Origin: Sedimentibacter sp.
GTDB lineage: Bacteria > Bacillota > Clostridia > Tissierellales > Sedimentibacteraceae
Assembly: GCA_032011825.1 (NCBI GenBank)
Contig: DALZVZ010000001.1
Coordinates: 1-41,172, forward strand
DNA: 41,172 nt
Reading direction: 5' to 3'
A model generated the notes under the pieces. That model saw only the letters and a list, made by a program, of their open reading frames with translations. It ran no database searches and was not told where the DNA came from. The translations under genes and the position numbers were made by a program. Each line of letters opens with the position of its first letter. Within the stretch, counting starts at the first letter, position 1. This document shows, in pieces, positions 27,985-38,158 of this stretch.

Positions 27985-30111
27985 CTAGTTGAGAATTAAT
28001 GTTATCATTGAATGTTTAACTACCTTTTCTCCTGCCTTCGGGAACTGAGATTTTACCGTCCTGTCGGCATCAACCTCAATTGTTATATTGCTTTCAAGCC
28101 CAGCAGCTATGAGTTTATCTGTTGCCTCACCTATTGTAAGTCCAAGCAGGCTTGGAACCAAAACAGTCTGTGCCTCAACCTTTCCTAACTCCTCTTCTGT
28201 ATAAATAGGTTCTACGTCATAATATTTCAATATATTCTCCAGTAGGTCTGCTGACGCAGGCCCTGCCACAATGCTTCCGTAGTATCCTATGCTGCTGTCG
28301 GGCTCGTCAACCATAACCAGTACAACAGCCTTCGGATCGTCAACGGGAGCAACTCCAATGAAGGATGATATGAATTTTCCGTCGACATATCTTCCGTCTA
28401 TAACTTTTTGCGCAGTACCTGATTTCCCGCCTATTCTGTAACCAGGTCGGTATGCCTGCTTCGTTCCGGATTCTGCAACATCCTTCATTATCGAAAGCAC
28501 CATCTGCGATGTTTCCTTGGATATAACATTTCTTCTTACCTTAGATTCAAAATTTCTAACAATATTTCCGTCCTCGTCTATTAACTGCTTTACAATTCGA
28601 GGCTCAAGTAACTTTCCTCCGTTTGATATGGCAGCCACTGCAGTCGTCAGCTGTATAGGTGTAATTGCAACACCCTGTCCGAAGGACTGGGTTACAACAT
28701 CCACATCCTTCATATTTATCGGTTCTTTAAGAAGTCCCAGCGCTTCACCGTTAAGCATAATCCCCGAGCGCTCCTCAAGTCCGAAGGATTTTAAATATTT
28801 ATAAAATGCGTCCTTTCCAATGTTTAAACCCATTTCAGCCAGAGCGTCATTGCACGAGTTCTGAATAGCCTCCGACAGCGTCTGCTGTCCATGTGGTCTG
28901 TAATATCTCCAGCATTTTATATTTTCACCGGGTATCTGCCTTACAAAGCCGTCGCAGTAATATGTGGTATTTGGCGTTGCTTTGTTTTCCTCCAGGGCAA
29001 TGGCAGTAGTCAGAAGCTTAAATGTGGATCCCGGTTCATAAATATCGTTTACTGCAGGATTTCTCCACATGTCAAACCAAGCCTTCTGAAGCTCTTCACT
29101 GGGCAGTGTCGACCATTCCTGCTGTATTATTTCATCTATTGGTTTTTTGGGGTCATTGGGATCATAGTCCGGCTTTGACGACATGGCAAGTATATCCCCG
29201 TTGTTTGGGTCCATAACAATTATGGTGACTCTCTTGGCATTGTAGTCCTTCATAAGCTTTTCAGCTGCCGACTCCGAATAGTGCTGTATTACCTCATCTA
29301 TGGTAAGAACCACTCCCAAGCCATCCTCCGGTTCATAATACTCGTTGTATCCGAATGGGAGTTCTCTTCCGTGAGCATCCTTATTGAACACCGTCCTGCC
29401 GGGAATTCCTGTGAGATAATCGTTGTATGTGGCTTCAACACCATACAGTCCATCCTGGTCCACATTTGTAAAGCCAAGCACATATGGTGCAAAATTTCCG
29501 TAAGGATATATTCGTTTATTATCCTCTATTATATTTATACCGCTTAGCTCGGACTCTCTGATTTTTTGCGCCTGCTCATCGGTAATCCATTTCTTCAAAA
29601 CAACATAGCTGTAATTGGAGGTTATTTTTTTGTATACCTCTTCATATTCCATTTCCAATATTTCTGAAAGTATCTTCGCCGTTTCCTCGGGAGATTTAAG
29701 ATTGACAGGAATTGATTCTGCCGCCGTGGATTTATTTGAGCTGAACATTGATTTGTTCATTTTCTTCAGAATATATGTGAGCAGCCCCCCGCTGCCTTCC
29801 TGCTTCGAATCCTCCTCATTAACCTGGACAGACTTCTTAACATCAGCAGGGAAGCATGTGACAGTGTTTGAATTTATGCTCACGGCAAGCTTCTTTCCTT
29901 TTACGTCATAAATTGTTCCTCTTTTGGCACTGATGATAATATCTCTTGACCAGTTTTCCATGGCCTGCTTCTTGTATTCCTCGCCGCCGATTATCTGAAT
30001 AAAGCCGAGCCTTACCACCAATCCAACTGTTCCCAAAAAAAAGCAAAGCAAAAATACTAACATTCTCTTTTTATTCTGAAGGTTAGTAATGCTTTTAGTC
30101 TGCTTTCTCAT
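27985..30111 (-). CDS. Class B penicillin-binding protein (SpoVD/FtsI-like) with one PASTA domain
   Basis: KRGTIYD, RIYPYG, active-site motifs EPGSTFK (SxxK), SCN and KSGTAQ; CWR motif as in SpoVD; single C-terminal PASTA. Confidence 0.93.
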   Translation of the reverse strand: MRKQTKSITNLQNKKRMLVFLLCFFLGTVGLVVRLGFIQIIGGEEYKKQAMENWSRDIIISAKRGTIYDVKGKKLAVSINSNTVTCFPADVKKSVQVNEEDSKQEGSGGLLTYILKKMNKSMFSSNKSTAAESIPVNLKSPEETAKILSEILEMEYEEVYKKITSNYSYVVLKKWITDEQAQKIRESELSGINIIEDNKRIYPYGNFAPYVLGFTNVDQDGLYGVEATYNDYLTGIPGRTVFNKDAHGRELPFGYNEYYEPEDGLGVVLTIDEVIQHYSESAAEKLMKDYNAKRVTIIVMDPNNGDILAMSSKPDYDPNDPKKPIDEIIQQEWSTLPSEELQKAWFDMWRNPAVNDIYEPGSTFKLLTTAIALEENKATPNTTYYCDGFVRQIPGENIKCWRYYRPHGQQTLSEAIQNSCNDALAEMGLNIGKDAFYKYLKSFGLEERSGIMLNGEALGLLKEPINMKDVDVVTQSFGQGVAITPIQLTTAVAAISNGGKLLEPRIVKQLIDEDGNIVRNFESKVRRNVISKETSQMVLSIMKDVAESGTKQAYRPGYRIGGKSGTAQKVIDGRYVDGKFISSFIGVAPVDDPKAVVLVMVDEPDSSIGYYGSIVAGPASADLLENILKYYDVEPIYTEEELGKVEAQTVLVPSLLGLTIGEATDKLIAAGLESNITIEVDADRTVKSQFPKAGEKVVKHSMITLILN

Positions 30112-30124
30112 ATTGCTCCCCCCC

Positions 30125-30598
30125 TTAATGAATAAAACTTACCACCTTGTCAATTATGCCCACAAGTATATTTTTATTTTCATCTTCGGAGTTTGCAGTT
30201 TGCTGCTCTGTTTCCGTGTCTCCATATGTAAAATCAACAAAGACTGTTTGTTTACGTGTAGGATAATTCATACCCAAATATGACTTTGCCGTTTCTTCGA
30301 TTGAATTGGTGTTTTTGATGCTCTCAAGAGTAATGTTGTACGTGTCTATTTCATCCTTGAGCGCAGCAATATCATGGTTGATATTATTCAGCTCCATTTG
30401 CTTGTCAGTTATTACGGCATAGTTATAGACAATAGAAATTCCAAGTATAAATGTAACTGCAATCATAAGCGTATTCTTGAAGTTCTCTATAACATTATTA
30501 TTTTTCTTCTTCTTTTTTATTCTTCTTTTCTTCGGAGAATATTCACCATATTCTTGTCCGTAATCAAAGCTGAGTTCTTCCTTTCGTATAGCTGACAT
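30125..30598 (-). CDS. ftsL: FtsL-like cell division protein
   Basis: Basic N-terminus, one TM, coiled coil, IEETAKSYLGMNYP; lies between rsmH and the PBP gene. Confidence 0.8.
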   Translation of the reverse strand: MSAIRKEELSFDYGQEYGEYSPKKRRIKKKKKNNNVIENFKNTLMIAVTFILGISIVYNYAVITDKQMELNNINHDIAALKDEIDTYNITLESIKNTNSIEETAKSYLGMNYPTRKQTVFVDFTYGDTETEQQTANSEDENKNILVGIIDKVVSFIH

Positions 30599-30600
30599 CT

Positions 30601-31530
30601 TTACACCCTCTCACCTATTCTTAGCTTGGCACTGTGCGCCCTGTGGTTTTCGCCTACCTCATTTCCGGAAGGTACAATCGGTTTCTTGGTAATAATCTTT
30701 AATTTACGCCTGTGGTCGCACATACACTTCGGAAACTCCGGCGGACAGATGCAATCCTTGTTTAAATCCGCATATGTGTTCTTGACAATTCTATCCTCGA
30801 GAGAATGAAATGTTATCATGCATATTCTTCCTCCCGGATTAAGCCTGTCAACAGCTACCTTAATTGCTTCTTCGAGAATTTCAAGTTCCCTGTTGACCTC
30901 AATCCTTATTGCCTGAAATGTTCTTTTTGCGGGATGCGACCCTTCTTGACGCACCTGTTTGGGAATAGCCTTTTTGATGATACTCACAAGCTGTCCTGTG
31001 GTCTCAATAAATTCCTGTTCTCTTTCCTGTACGATGAACTTGGCGATTCTTGCTGCCCACTTTTCTTCGCCGTATTCCCACAATATTCTTGAGAGCTCAT
31101 GCTCCTCATATCCGTTTACAATGTGCCTTGCCGTGGTTGTCCTGCTTTTGTCCATTCTCATATCAAGAGGCATGTCATTGTTGTAGCTGAATCCTCTCTC
31201 AGGTATATCTAACTGAAAAGACGAAACCCCTAAATCGAATAAAATTCCGTCTACTTTTTCAATATCCAAATTATCTAAAACTTCGTCAATTTGACTAAAG
31301 TTACTTTTTACTGCTGTAAAATTGCCGTAGCCCTTAAGTTTTCCTGTTGCTCTTTCAATTGCATAGTCATCCTGATCAATACCTATAACTCTTCCCTCTA
31401 TTGCTCTTTTCAGTATTTCCTCAGTATGGCCTCCCCCTCCTAAAGTTGCGTCTACATAAATTCCGCCCTTCCTGATGTTGAGCCCCTCTATAGATTCGTC
31501 CAATAATACCGATGTGTGTTTGTAATCCAT
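30601..31530 (-). CDS. rsmH: 16S rRNA m4C1402 methyltransferase
   Basis: [55 protein letters not shown]. Confidence 0.98.
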   Translation of the reverse strand: MDYKHTSVLLDESIEGLNIRKGGIYVDATLGGGGHTEEILKRAIEGRVIGIDQDDYAIERATGKLKGYGNFTAVKSNFSQIDEVLDNLDIEKVDGILFDLGVSSFQLDIPERGFSYNNDMPLDMRMDKSRTTTARHIVNGYEEHELSRILWEYGEEKWAARIAKFIVQEREQEFIETTGQLVSIIKKAIPKQVRQEGSHPAKRTFQAIRIEVNRELEILEEAIKVAVDRLNPGGRICMITFHSLEDRIVKNTYADLNKDCICPPEFPKCMCDHRRKLKIITKKPIVPSGNEVGENHRAHSAKLRIGERV

Positions 31531-31541
31531 CTGACTCCTCC

Positions 31542-31979
31542 TTACAATCCTATCCCCAAATCTGACATTTTTTCCGCAATGCTGTCAAAATCAAATTCGT
31601 CACCGTTGGAGTAATCGTTCCAACTTTCTTTGTTCCAAATTTCAATTCTGTCTATAACCCCTATTATAGCAGCCTCGCTGTTTAATTCGCTGAATTCCCT
31701 CAATGTTGGAGGTATAAGTATTCTTCCCTGTTTATCAAAGGAACATTCACTGAATCCGGAAACAAATCTTCGCAAAAAGAATCTTTCCTGTTTATTGAAG
31801 GTAGATAGATTTCTGAGCTTACCCACGAATTCAGCCCATGTTTCAACAGGATAAACAAACAAACATTTATCCAGTCCCTTGCCGATATAGAAGGTTTCCC
31901 CAAGCTCGTTTCTAAATTTGGAAGGTATTATAACCCTTCCTTTTTCATCGAATGAATGTATAAATTCACCAGTAAACAT
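31542..31979 (-). CDS. mraZ: Division/cell wall cluster transcriptional repressor MraZ
   Basis: [18 protein letters not shown] and second repeat DKQGRILIP...DRIEIW. Confidence 0.97.
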   Translation of the reverse strand: MFTGEFIHSFDEKGRVIIPSKFRNELGETFYIGKGLDKCLFVYPVETWAEFVGKLRNLSTFNKQERFFLRRFVSGFSECSFDKQGRILIPPTLREFSELNSEAAIIGVIDRIEIWNKESWNDYSNGDEFDFDSIAEKMSDLGIGL

Positions 31980-32000
31980 CTTCTACCACCTACTGGGCAT

Positions 32001-32142
32001 ATTATACCACATTGTGGGTAAAAAGCGCCACTATTATTTTAAAAATTTAAAAAAATAATTTTATCCACAATTTAAGCTATAATTTCTGTCTTTTATTTGA
32101 CTTGGAGGTCATAAAAATATATAATTAGAAAAGTTATCCCCA
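32001..32142. promoter_or_regulatory. Divergent mraZ/lgt promoter region with DnaA boxes
   Basis: mraZ extended -10 TGgTATAAT (minus, 32009-32001); lgt promoter TTGACT-17-TATAAT (32097-32125). Perfect DnaA box TTATCCACA at 32061-32069; one-mismatch boxes at 32013-32021 (minus) and 32134-32142. Confidence 0.7.
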
Positions 32143-32164
32143 ATAGGATAGGACGGGAGGTCAT

Positions 32165-32896
32165 ATGAATCCAGTGGCATTTAAAGTTTTTGGAGTAGAA
32201 ATAATGTGGTACGGCGTGTTAATATCGCTGGGAGTGTTGTTAGGAGTGTTCTTTGCACTGAAGGAGTGCAGACGGATAGGCTTCAAGGAGGATAATCTTC
32301 TCGATTTTCTTCTTATAGCCATTCCCGCCGCAATAGTGGGAGCGAGAATATACTACGTAGTATTTTCCTGGGATTATTACAGCCAGAATATATCTGAGAT
32401 AATCAATATAAGAAACGGCGGCTTAGCCATACATGGAGCCCTGATTGCAGGAATCATAGTCAGCATATTGTTCTGCAAAAGAAGAAAGGTCAATCCTTTG
32501 CTGCTTTTAGATATTTTGATGCCCAGTGTAGCATTGGGGCAATCTATAGGGAGATGGGGAAATTTCATCAATCAGGAAGCACACGGAGGCCCCACCGATT
32601 TACCGTGGGGAATTGTGGTGAACGGACAGAAGGTTCATCCCACATTTCTGTACGAATCTATAATAACCCTATGCATATTTATTTTTCTCACATGGTTCAG
32701 AAAAAATAAAAAAACAACAGACGGTCAGGTTCTGGCACTTTACCTCACATTGTATTCTGCAGGAAGGTTCTTCATTGAAGGGCTGAGAACAGACAGCCTG
32801 ATGTTTTTCGGAATGCGAATCGCACAGCTTGTGAGCCTTGGCTCCGCCATAGCCGGAATCGCAATATGGATGCTCTTGAAAAGAAAAAAAGCGTAA
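32165..32896 (+). CDS. lgt: Prolipoprotein diacylglyceryl transferase
   Basis: WYG, GARIYYV, GGLAIHG, GQSIGRWGNFINQE, HPTFLYES, RFFIEGLR. Confidence 0.97.
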   Translation: MNPVAFKVFGVEIMWYGVLISLGVLLGVFFALKECRRIGFKEDNLLDFLLIAIPAAIVGARIYYVVFSWDYYSQNISEIINIRNGGLAIHGALIAGIIVSILFCKRRKVNPLLLLDILMPSVALGQSIGRWGNFINQEAHGGPTDLPWGIVVNGQKVHPTFLYESIITLCIFIFLTWFRKNKKTTDGQVLALYLTLYSAGRFFIEGLRTDSLMFFGMRIAQLVSLGSAIAGIAIWMLLKRKKA

Positions 32897-32937
32897 AAAA
32901 ACAGATTTTTCTGCCTAGACGGAAAAATCTGTTTTTT
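32895..32937. terminator. Bidirectional terminator lgt/pheT
   Basis: AAAAAACAGATTTTTC...GAAAAATCTGTTTTTT. Confidence 0.88.
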
Positions 32938-32939
32938 AA

Positions 32940-35333
32940 TTATCTCAATTTAGCTTCAAATTTAGTTTCAAATTCCTTCAGGATACCTTCGTGAATTTTT
33001 TCCACTTCTTTATCTTTTAGAGTTCTTTCCTTATTTCTGTAAGTAACAGAGAAAGCGCAGCTCTTGTAGCCCTCTTCAATATGCTCCCCCTTATAGACAT
33101 CAAACAGCTTAACATCTTCTATCAATTGTGAGTTTATTGACTCAATAGCTGAAATCATGTCTCCAACCAATACTTCATCCTTCACTATCACCGCAATATC
33201 CCTTACCATGGCAGGATATTTAGGCAGGGCTTCATATTTCCAATCTGTATTCTTATATTCCAACAGCTTTTCAACATCTATTTCGGCAATGTAAACTTTG
33301 TGGTCCAATCCGTAATTTTCAAGAGTTTCCCTGCTTGCTTCACCGTATATACCTATGCATTCATCATTTACATATACGGCCGCTGTTCTTCCCGGATGGA
33401 ATATTGGGTTATCCGCAACAGGCTTGAGAGTTGTTTTTATTCCCAGCCTTTTAAACATTGATTCCATAATACCCTTCAGGTCATAGAAGTCGTATTGGCC
33501 GTACATTCCCACGCATAGCTTTAATCTTTCTACAGGCTCCTGAACCACAGGCTGCTCTTTGGGAGCAAATGTGTTTCCTACCTCATAAATTCCTGCATTG
33601 TCAACTCCTCTGTTTGAATTCCTCTGCACAACCTCCATCATGTTTGAAATGAGTGTTGTTCTCATGGAGCTAAAATCCTCCCCTAACGGGTTCAGAATAC
33701 GCACATAATTTCTCAACGGACTGTCGGAAGCAGCATTTATATTGTCATATGTCTTCGGGCTTATGAATGAATATGTTGTTATTTCGTAAAGCCCCATGCC
33801 GCTTAGCATGTTTTTGATACCGTCCTCAAGCATTCGTATGTCGGATTTTCTGCCAACCCTTGTACTTCCTCTCAGAGGCTCAGATTCTATATTTTCAAAT
33901 CCGTAAATCCTCCCCACTTCTTCTATTAAATCAGCTTCCTGCTCAATATCTGTTCTGAAGTAAGGTATTTTGCTTATTATTTTTCCTCCGTCAAATGTTG
34001 ACTCTATTTCGAGAGTGTTCAGGTAGAGAAGCATGTCATCCACAGGAATGTCAACTCCCAGAAGCCATTTCACACGATGAGGTCTGAGTGTTACCACAGG
34101 AGGAATGTATTCGCTCTTTCCCGCCTCCATATGTCCGCCCACAACCGTTCCGGCGCCAATCATTTCAATAAGCTGGCACGCCCTTTTAGCAGCAAGCTCA
34201 ACCATCACATAACCCATTGGTTTTTCGTTTCTTGCAGATGCTTCTGAACGAAGTCCTAATTTCCTAGATGTCTCTCTCACTGATTTAGGATTGAAGTTTG
34301 CACTTTCAAGAACCATTACTTCTGTATCATCGCCGATCTCAGAATGATATCCTCCCATTACTCCGGCTATGCATGCAGGCTTTTCCGAATCTGCAATTAC
34401 CAGCATGTTTTCATCCAGTTTTCTTTCGTTTTGGTCAAGAGTAACTATCTTCTCATCCTTTTTGGCTCTTCTGGCTATTAACTTTCTCCCTTCCAGAGCA
34501 TTCAGGCTGTATGCATGGAGTGGCTGACCAAGCTCAAGCATTACGAAATTCGTAACGTCAACAATGTTGCTTATAGGTCTCATACCTGCATCCATCAGCG
34601 TTCTCTGCATCCAGAGAGGTGACGGTCCTATTTTAATATCCTTAATTACCTTTGCATAGAAACGTGAGCAAAGACTATCATCCTCTATTTCCACAGCATT
34701 AAGATAATCGCTGATTGTTCCCTCTTCCTTTTCAATAACTATCTCCGGAAATTTGAATTTTGTTCCGAGCGTAGCTGCAGTTTCTCTTGCCATTCCCACA
34801 ATATTGAGGCAGTCAGGCCTGTTAAAAGTAACTTCAACCTCAAGTGCGCTTCCGTCAAGCCCCAGAATTTCCTTAATATCTTTTCCAAGCTCTGTGTTTT
34901 CAGGAAGAATTGCAATACCGTCTCTTGCTTCCTTAGGAATGACCTTGTCATCAAAGCCCAGCTCCTCATATGAACACATCATTCCGTATGAAGGCAGCCC
35001 TCTGAAGTTTGTTTTCTTTATTTTAAGCCCGTTAGGCAGCACCGCTCCCTCTAAGCACACGGGAACTATATCTCCCTCTTTGACATTCTTGGCACCGGTT
35101 ATTATCTGCACATTTTCACCCTTGTTTATGTCAACCTGGGTTACCACCAGCTTGTCGGCATTGGGATGCCTTGTGAGCTCTACAATTTTACCCGTTACAA
35201 CATTGATTACTTCCTTTGTATAGTCGATTACCGCATCCACGTGAGAGCCTGTAAGCGTCAGTTTATCAGATAATGTTTTATCATCCGTATTAATTTCAAC
35301 ATATTGTTTCATCCATTTAATAGGTACTAACAT
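32940..35333 (-). CDS. pheT: Phenylalanine--tRNA ligase beta subunit
   Basis: HPNADKL, GMMCS, TFNRPDC, NIVDVTNFVMLELGQPLHAY, DLIEEVGRIYG, C-terminal FDX-ACB domain (RDIA, LFDVY). Confidence 0.98.
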   Translation of the reverse strand: MLVPIKWMKQYVEINTDDKTLSDKLTLTGSHVDAVIDYTKEVINVVTGKIVELTRHPNADKLVVTQVDINKGENVQIITGAKNVKEGDIVPVCLEGAVLPNGLKIKKTNFRGLPSYGMMCSYEELGFDDKVIPKEARDGIAILPENTELGKDIKEILGLDGSALEVEVTFNRPDCLNIVGMARETAATLGTKFKFPEIVIEKEEGTISDYLNAVEIEDDSLCSRFYAKVIKDIKIGPSPLWMQRTLMDAGMRPISNIVDVTNFVMLELGQPLHAYSLNALEGRKLIARRAKKDEKIVTLDQNERKLDENMLVIADSEKPACIAGVMGGYHSEIGDDTEVMVLESANFNPKSVRETSRKLGLRSEASARNEKPMGYVMVELAAKRACQLIEMIGAGTVVGGHMEAGKSEYIPPVVTLRPHRVKWLLGVDIPVDDMLLYLNTLEIESTFDGGKIISKIPYFRTDIEQEADLIEEVGRIYGFENIESEPLRGSTRVGRKSDIRMLEDGIKNMLSGMGLYEITTYSFISPKTYDNINAASDSPLRNYVRILNPLGEDFSSMRTTLISNMMEVVQRNSNRGVDNAGIYEVGNTFAPKEQPVVQEPVERLKLCVGMYGQYDFYDLKGIMESMFKRLGIKTTLKPVADNPIFHPGRTAAVYVNDECIGIYGEASRETLENYGLDHKVYIAEIDVEKLLEYKNTDWKYEALPKYPAMVRDIAVIVKDEVLVGDMISAIESINSQLIEDVKLFDVYKGEHIEEGYKSCAFSVTYRNKERTLKDKEVEKIHEGILKEFETKFEAKLR

Positions 35334-35342
35334 TTCAACCTC

Positions 35343-36365
35343 CTAAAATTGTTTCAAGAATCTGACATCATTTTCAAACAACAGCCTGATATTAGGAATA
35401 CCGTATTTAACCATTGTAACTCTGTCTATACCCATACCAAAAGCATAGCCTGAATACACCTCAGGGTCAATGCCACAGTTTTTCAGTACGTTAGGATGAA
35501 CCATACCGCATCCTAAAAGCTCCATGCTCCATCCTGTTCCATGACAAGTGGAGCAGCCCTTGCCCATGCATACGTGGCAGGAAACATCAACCTCTGCACT
35601 TGGCTCCGTAAACGGGAAGTTATGAGGTCTGAACCTTGTTTTCATGCTGCTTCCGAACAGTTCCTTAACAAACTGGTCAATGGAATCTTTAAGGTTTGCC
35701 AATGTAACTCCCTTATCTACAACCAGGCACTCCATCTGGTGGAACATAGGAGAGTGTGTGTCGTCTACATCGTCAAATCTGAAGGTTCTTCCTGTGGATA
35801 CCATTCTTATTGGAAGCTTTCCTTCCTTCATCACTCTGATTTGAACAGGTGAAGTCTGTGTTCTGAGCACCAGGTCATCCGAAACATAGAATGTATCGGA
35901 ACGGTCTCTTGAGGGGTGATCGTATGGCGCGTTCAAGTCATCAAAGTTGTTTCCAACTGTTTCAACTTCAGGACCGCTGACTACGTCGTAGCCCATACGC
36001 ATAAACACGCTTTCCAGCTCTTCCTTTACCTGAATAAGCGGATGTCTTCTTCCCATTTCAGGAATTCTGCCGGGCATGGTTATATCAATAATTTCAGATT
36101 TGGCATTTTTCTGATTTTCTTTTGCTGTAATTTCTTCCTTTATTGCCTTTATCTCTTCCTCAATCACGGCACGAACTTCATTTGCCAGTTTTCCCATTTC
36201 AGGTCTTTCTTCTTCTGACAGCGAGCCCATTGATCTTAATATCAATGTGAGCTCTCCCTTTTTACCTAAATATTGAACTCTTATCTTTTCAATATCCGCG
36301 TTGCCGCTGCATTCCTTCAGCTGATTCAACGCTTCTTCTTTTAATTTTAACAGCTGCTCTTTCAT
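35343..36365 (-). CDS. pheS: Phenylalanine--tRNA ligase alpha subunit
   Basis: YLGKKG, HPSR...DTFY, LRTQTSPVQIR, THSPMFHQ, FPFTEPSAE, GYAFGMGIDR. Confidence 0.98.
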   Translation of the reverse strand: MKEQLLKLKEEALNQLKECSGNADIEKIRVQYLGKKGELTLILRSMGSLSEEERPEMGKLANEVRAVIEEEIKAIKEEITAKENQKNAKSEIIDITMPGRIPEMGRRHPLIQVKEELESVFMRMGYDVVSGPEVETVGNNFDDLNAPYDHPSRDRSDTFYVSDDLVLRTQTSPVQIRVMKEGKLPIRMVSTGRTFRFDDVDDTHSPMFHQMECLVVDKGVTLANLKDSIDQFVKELFGSSMKTRFRPHNFPFTEPSAEVDVSCHVCMGKGCSTCHGTGWSMELLGCGMVHPNVLKNCGIDPEVYSGYAFGMGIDRVTMVKYGIPNIRLLFENDVRFLKQF

Positions 36366-36384
36366 AAATACTCCTTATAAATAA

Positions 36385-36617
36385 TATAAACTCCGCCTCT
36401 TATATAGTAAGAGGCGGAGTCCGCGGTACCACTCTTGTTCACTTCCGTTTCCGGAAGTCTTGTTTATTTTTAATGGTATAAACCATGCAGGACTACTTGT
36501 TTTCACCCTGCAAGCTCCAAAGCGAAGATTCGGTATAAATGTTTAAAATCATTTTCAGCCGTGATGATTTTTCTCTGGAAAACACGATCTCATACCTACT
36601 GTACTTTTTCATTGCCT
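36385..36617 (-). ncRNA. T-box riboswitch (Phe specifier) controlling pheST
   Basis: Minus strand: AGTA and CAGAGA/GGCTGAA stem I motifs, specifier GAATC-TTC (UUC at 36526-36524), T-box AAGAGTGGTACCGCG (36436-36422), terminator ACTCCGCCTCTTA...TAAGAGGCGGAGTTT. Confidence 0.95.
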
Positions 36618-36686
36618 AATATTCATTTAACATGGATAATTCCATTTAATCATTAATGGCTAAATTATATCAAAATGTTCTTTTTA

Positions 36687-37475
36687 TTACAACAACTTTT
36701 TTCTGATTTCATAAATACTTATTCCGGCTGCAATGGATGCATTCAGCGACTCTGCTCTACCGGGCATTTTTATGGTTATTTTCATATGCGAATTATCCGC
36801 TATTTCCCGGGAAACACCCTGCCCTTCATTGCCGATTACCACACATATCTTTTCTGATTTCTCCATATCCTCAAATGTATAATCAGATTCCACAACGGTC
36901 GAAACAATCTTAAAGCCTGAATTTTTCAGTTCTTCCAGCATCTTTTCGTCTGAATCGGAATATATAAAATCAACTCTGAATATGGCTCCTGCGGAAGCCC
37001 TCACAACCTTTGGATTATATACATCCGCACAGCCTTTATTCAATATGATTACAGCCGGTCCGAATGCATCAGCAGTCCTTATAATTGTCCCAAGATTGCC
37101 GGGATCCTGAATGCGATCACACATTATTGCAAATTTATGATTTTCCGCAGCATGAGAGAAGCTCCTCTTTTTCACCACAGCCAGTACTCCCTGTGCATTT
37201 ACAGTATCAGCCGCACTGTCAAACACATCGTCCTGACATATAACAGCTTCCGTTCCGTTCTCAATTGCACTGTTGTACAAATTCGCGACATCGCTTCTTT
37301 GCAGTGAGCTTTCGCTGAAAAGAAAGAGTATCAAATCTGCATTTTCCTTTATTGATTCATCCACAAATTTTATGCCTTCAACAACAAATGCATTTTCTTC
37401 ATCTCTTCCTTTTTTGGTATTCAATGAACGGATATGTTTAATTTTGCCGTTTGTCTTGCTTTTGATTATCTCCAT
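36687..37475 (-). CDS. TrmH/SpoU family RNA methyltransferase
   Basis: IQDPGNLGTIIRTA, KVVRASAG, GNEGQG, ESLNASIA. Confidence 0.93.
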   Translation of the reverse strand: MEIIKSKTNGKIKHIRSLNTKKGRDEENAFVVEGIKFVDESIKENADLILFLFSESSLQRSDVANLYNSAIENGTEAVICQDDVFDSAADTVNAQGVLAVVKKRSFSHAAENHKFAIMCDRIQDPGNLGTIIRTADAFGPAVIILNKGCADVYNPKVVRASAGAIFRVDFIYSDSDEKMLEELKNSGFKIVSTVVESDYTFEDMEKSEKICVVIGNEGQGVSREIADNSHMKITIKMPGRAESLNASIAAGISIYEIRKKLL

Positions 37476-37497
37476 GGTAACCCTCTCATTATCAGGA

Positions 37498-38148
37498 TTA
37501 TTTTAAATCTGCTATTATTTTAAGATTTTTATTGCTTCCAAGAATAACAACAACGTCATCCTCGTTGATAACCGTATCAAACGGGGGAACGATGTTGATT
37601 TTGTCGCCTGTTTTTATTGCTATGACTGTCATTCCGTGCTGTCTTGAAAGGTTGAGGTCACTCAATGTCTTCCCTTTCCACTCTTCTAGAGCCAACGTCT
37701 CAATTATGCTGTAATCAGGCGAAAATTCAATTACGTCCAATATATTTGGAGTGACAAGTCCGTATGCCACACGCATACCCATATCTCTTTCGGGATATAT
37801 TATCTTATCAGCACCTATTTTGCTGAGCACTCTGCCGTGGGTCTCATTTGCCGCCTTTGCAATAACAATAGGCACTCCGGCTTCCTTCGCAATCAGTGTG
37901 GCCATTATGGAGGCCTGCACATCAGAGCCTATGGCAATTATTGCCACGTCGAAATTTCTCAGTCCCAGTGTACGGAAGGATGCCTCATCTATGGCATCCA
38001 TTTGCACAGCATGAGCTACATATTCAGATATATCTTTTATAATATCAGCATTCTGATCCACAACCATTATATCATGTCCGAGCTTTGTCAATGTCTTTGC
38101 CGCAGAAGAACCAAATCTCCCGCATCCTATTACTATTATCTGCTTCAT
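37498..38148 (-). CDS. ktrA: Ktr/Trk potassium uptake regulatory subunit (RCK_N + RCK_C)
   Basis: VIGCGRFGS, IGADKIIYPERDMG, RCK_C domain. Confidence 0.92.
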   Translation of the reverse strand: MKQIIVIGCGRFGSSAAKTLTKLGHDIMVVDQNADIIKDISEYVAHAVQMDAIDEASFRTLGLRNFDVAIIAIGSDVQASIMATLIAKEAGVPIVIAKAANETHGRVLSKIGADKIIYPERDMGMRVAYGLVTPNILDVIEFSPDYSIIETLALEEWKGKTLSDLNLSRQHGMTVIAIKTGDKINIVPPFDTVINEDDVVVILGSNKNLKIIADLK

Positions 38149-38158
38149 ACTTCCTCCT

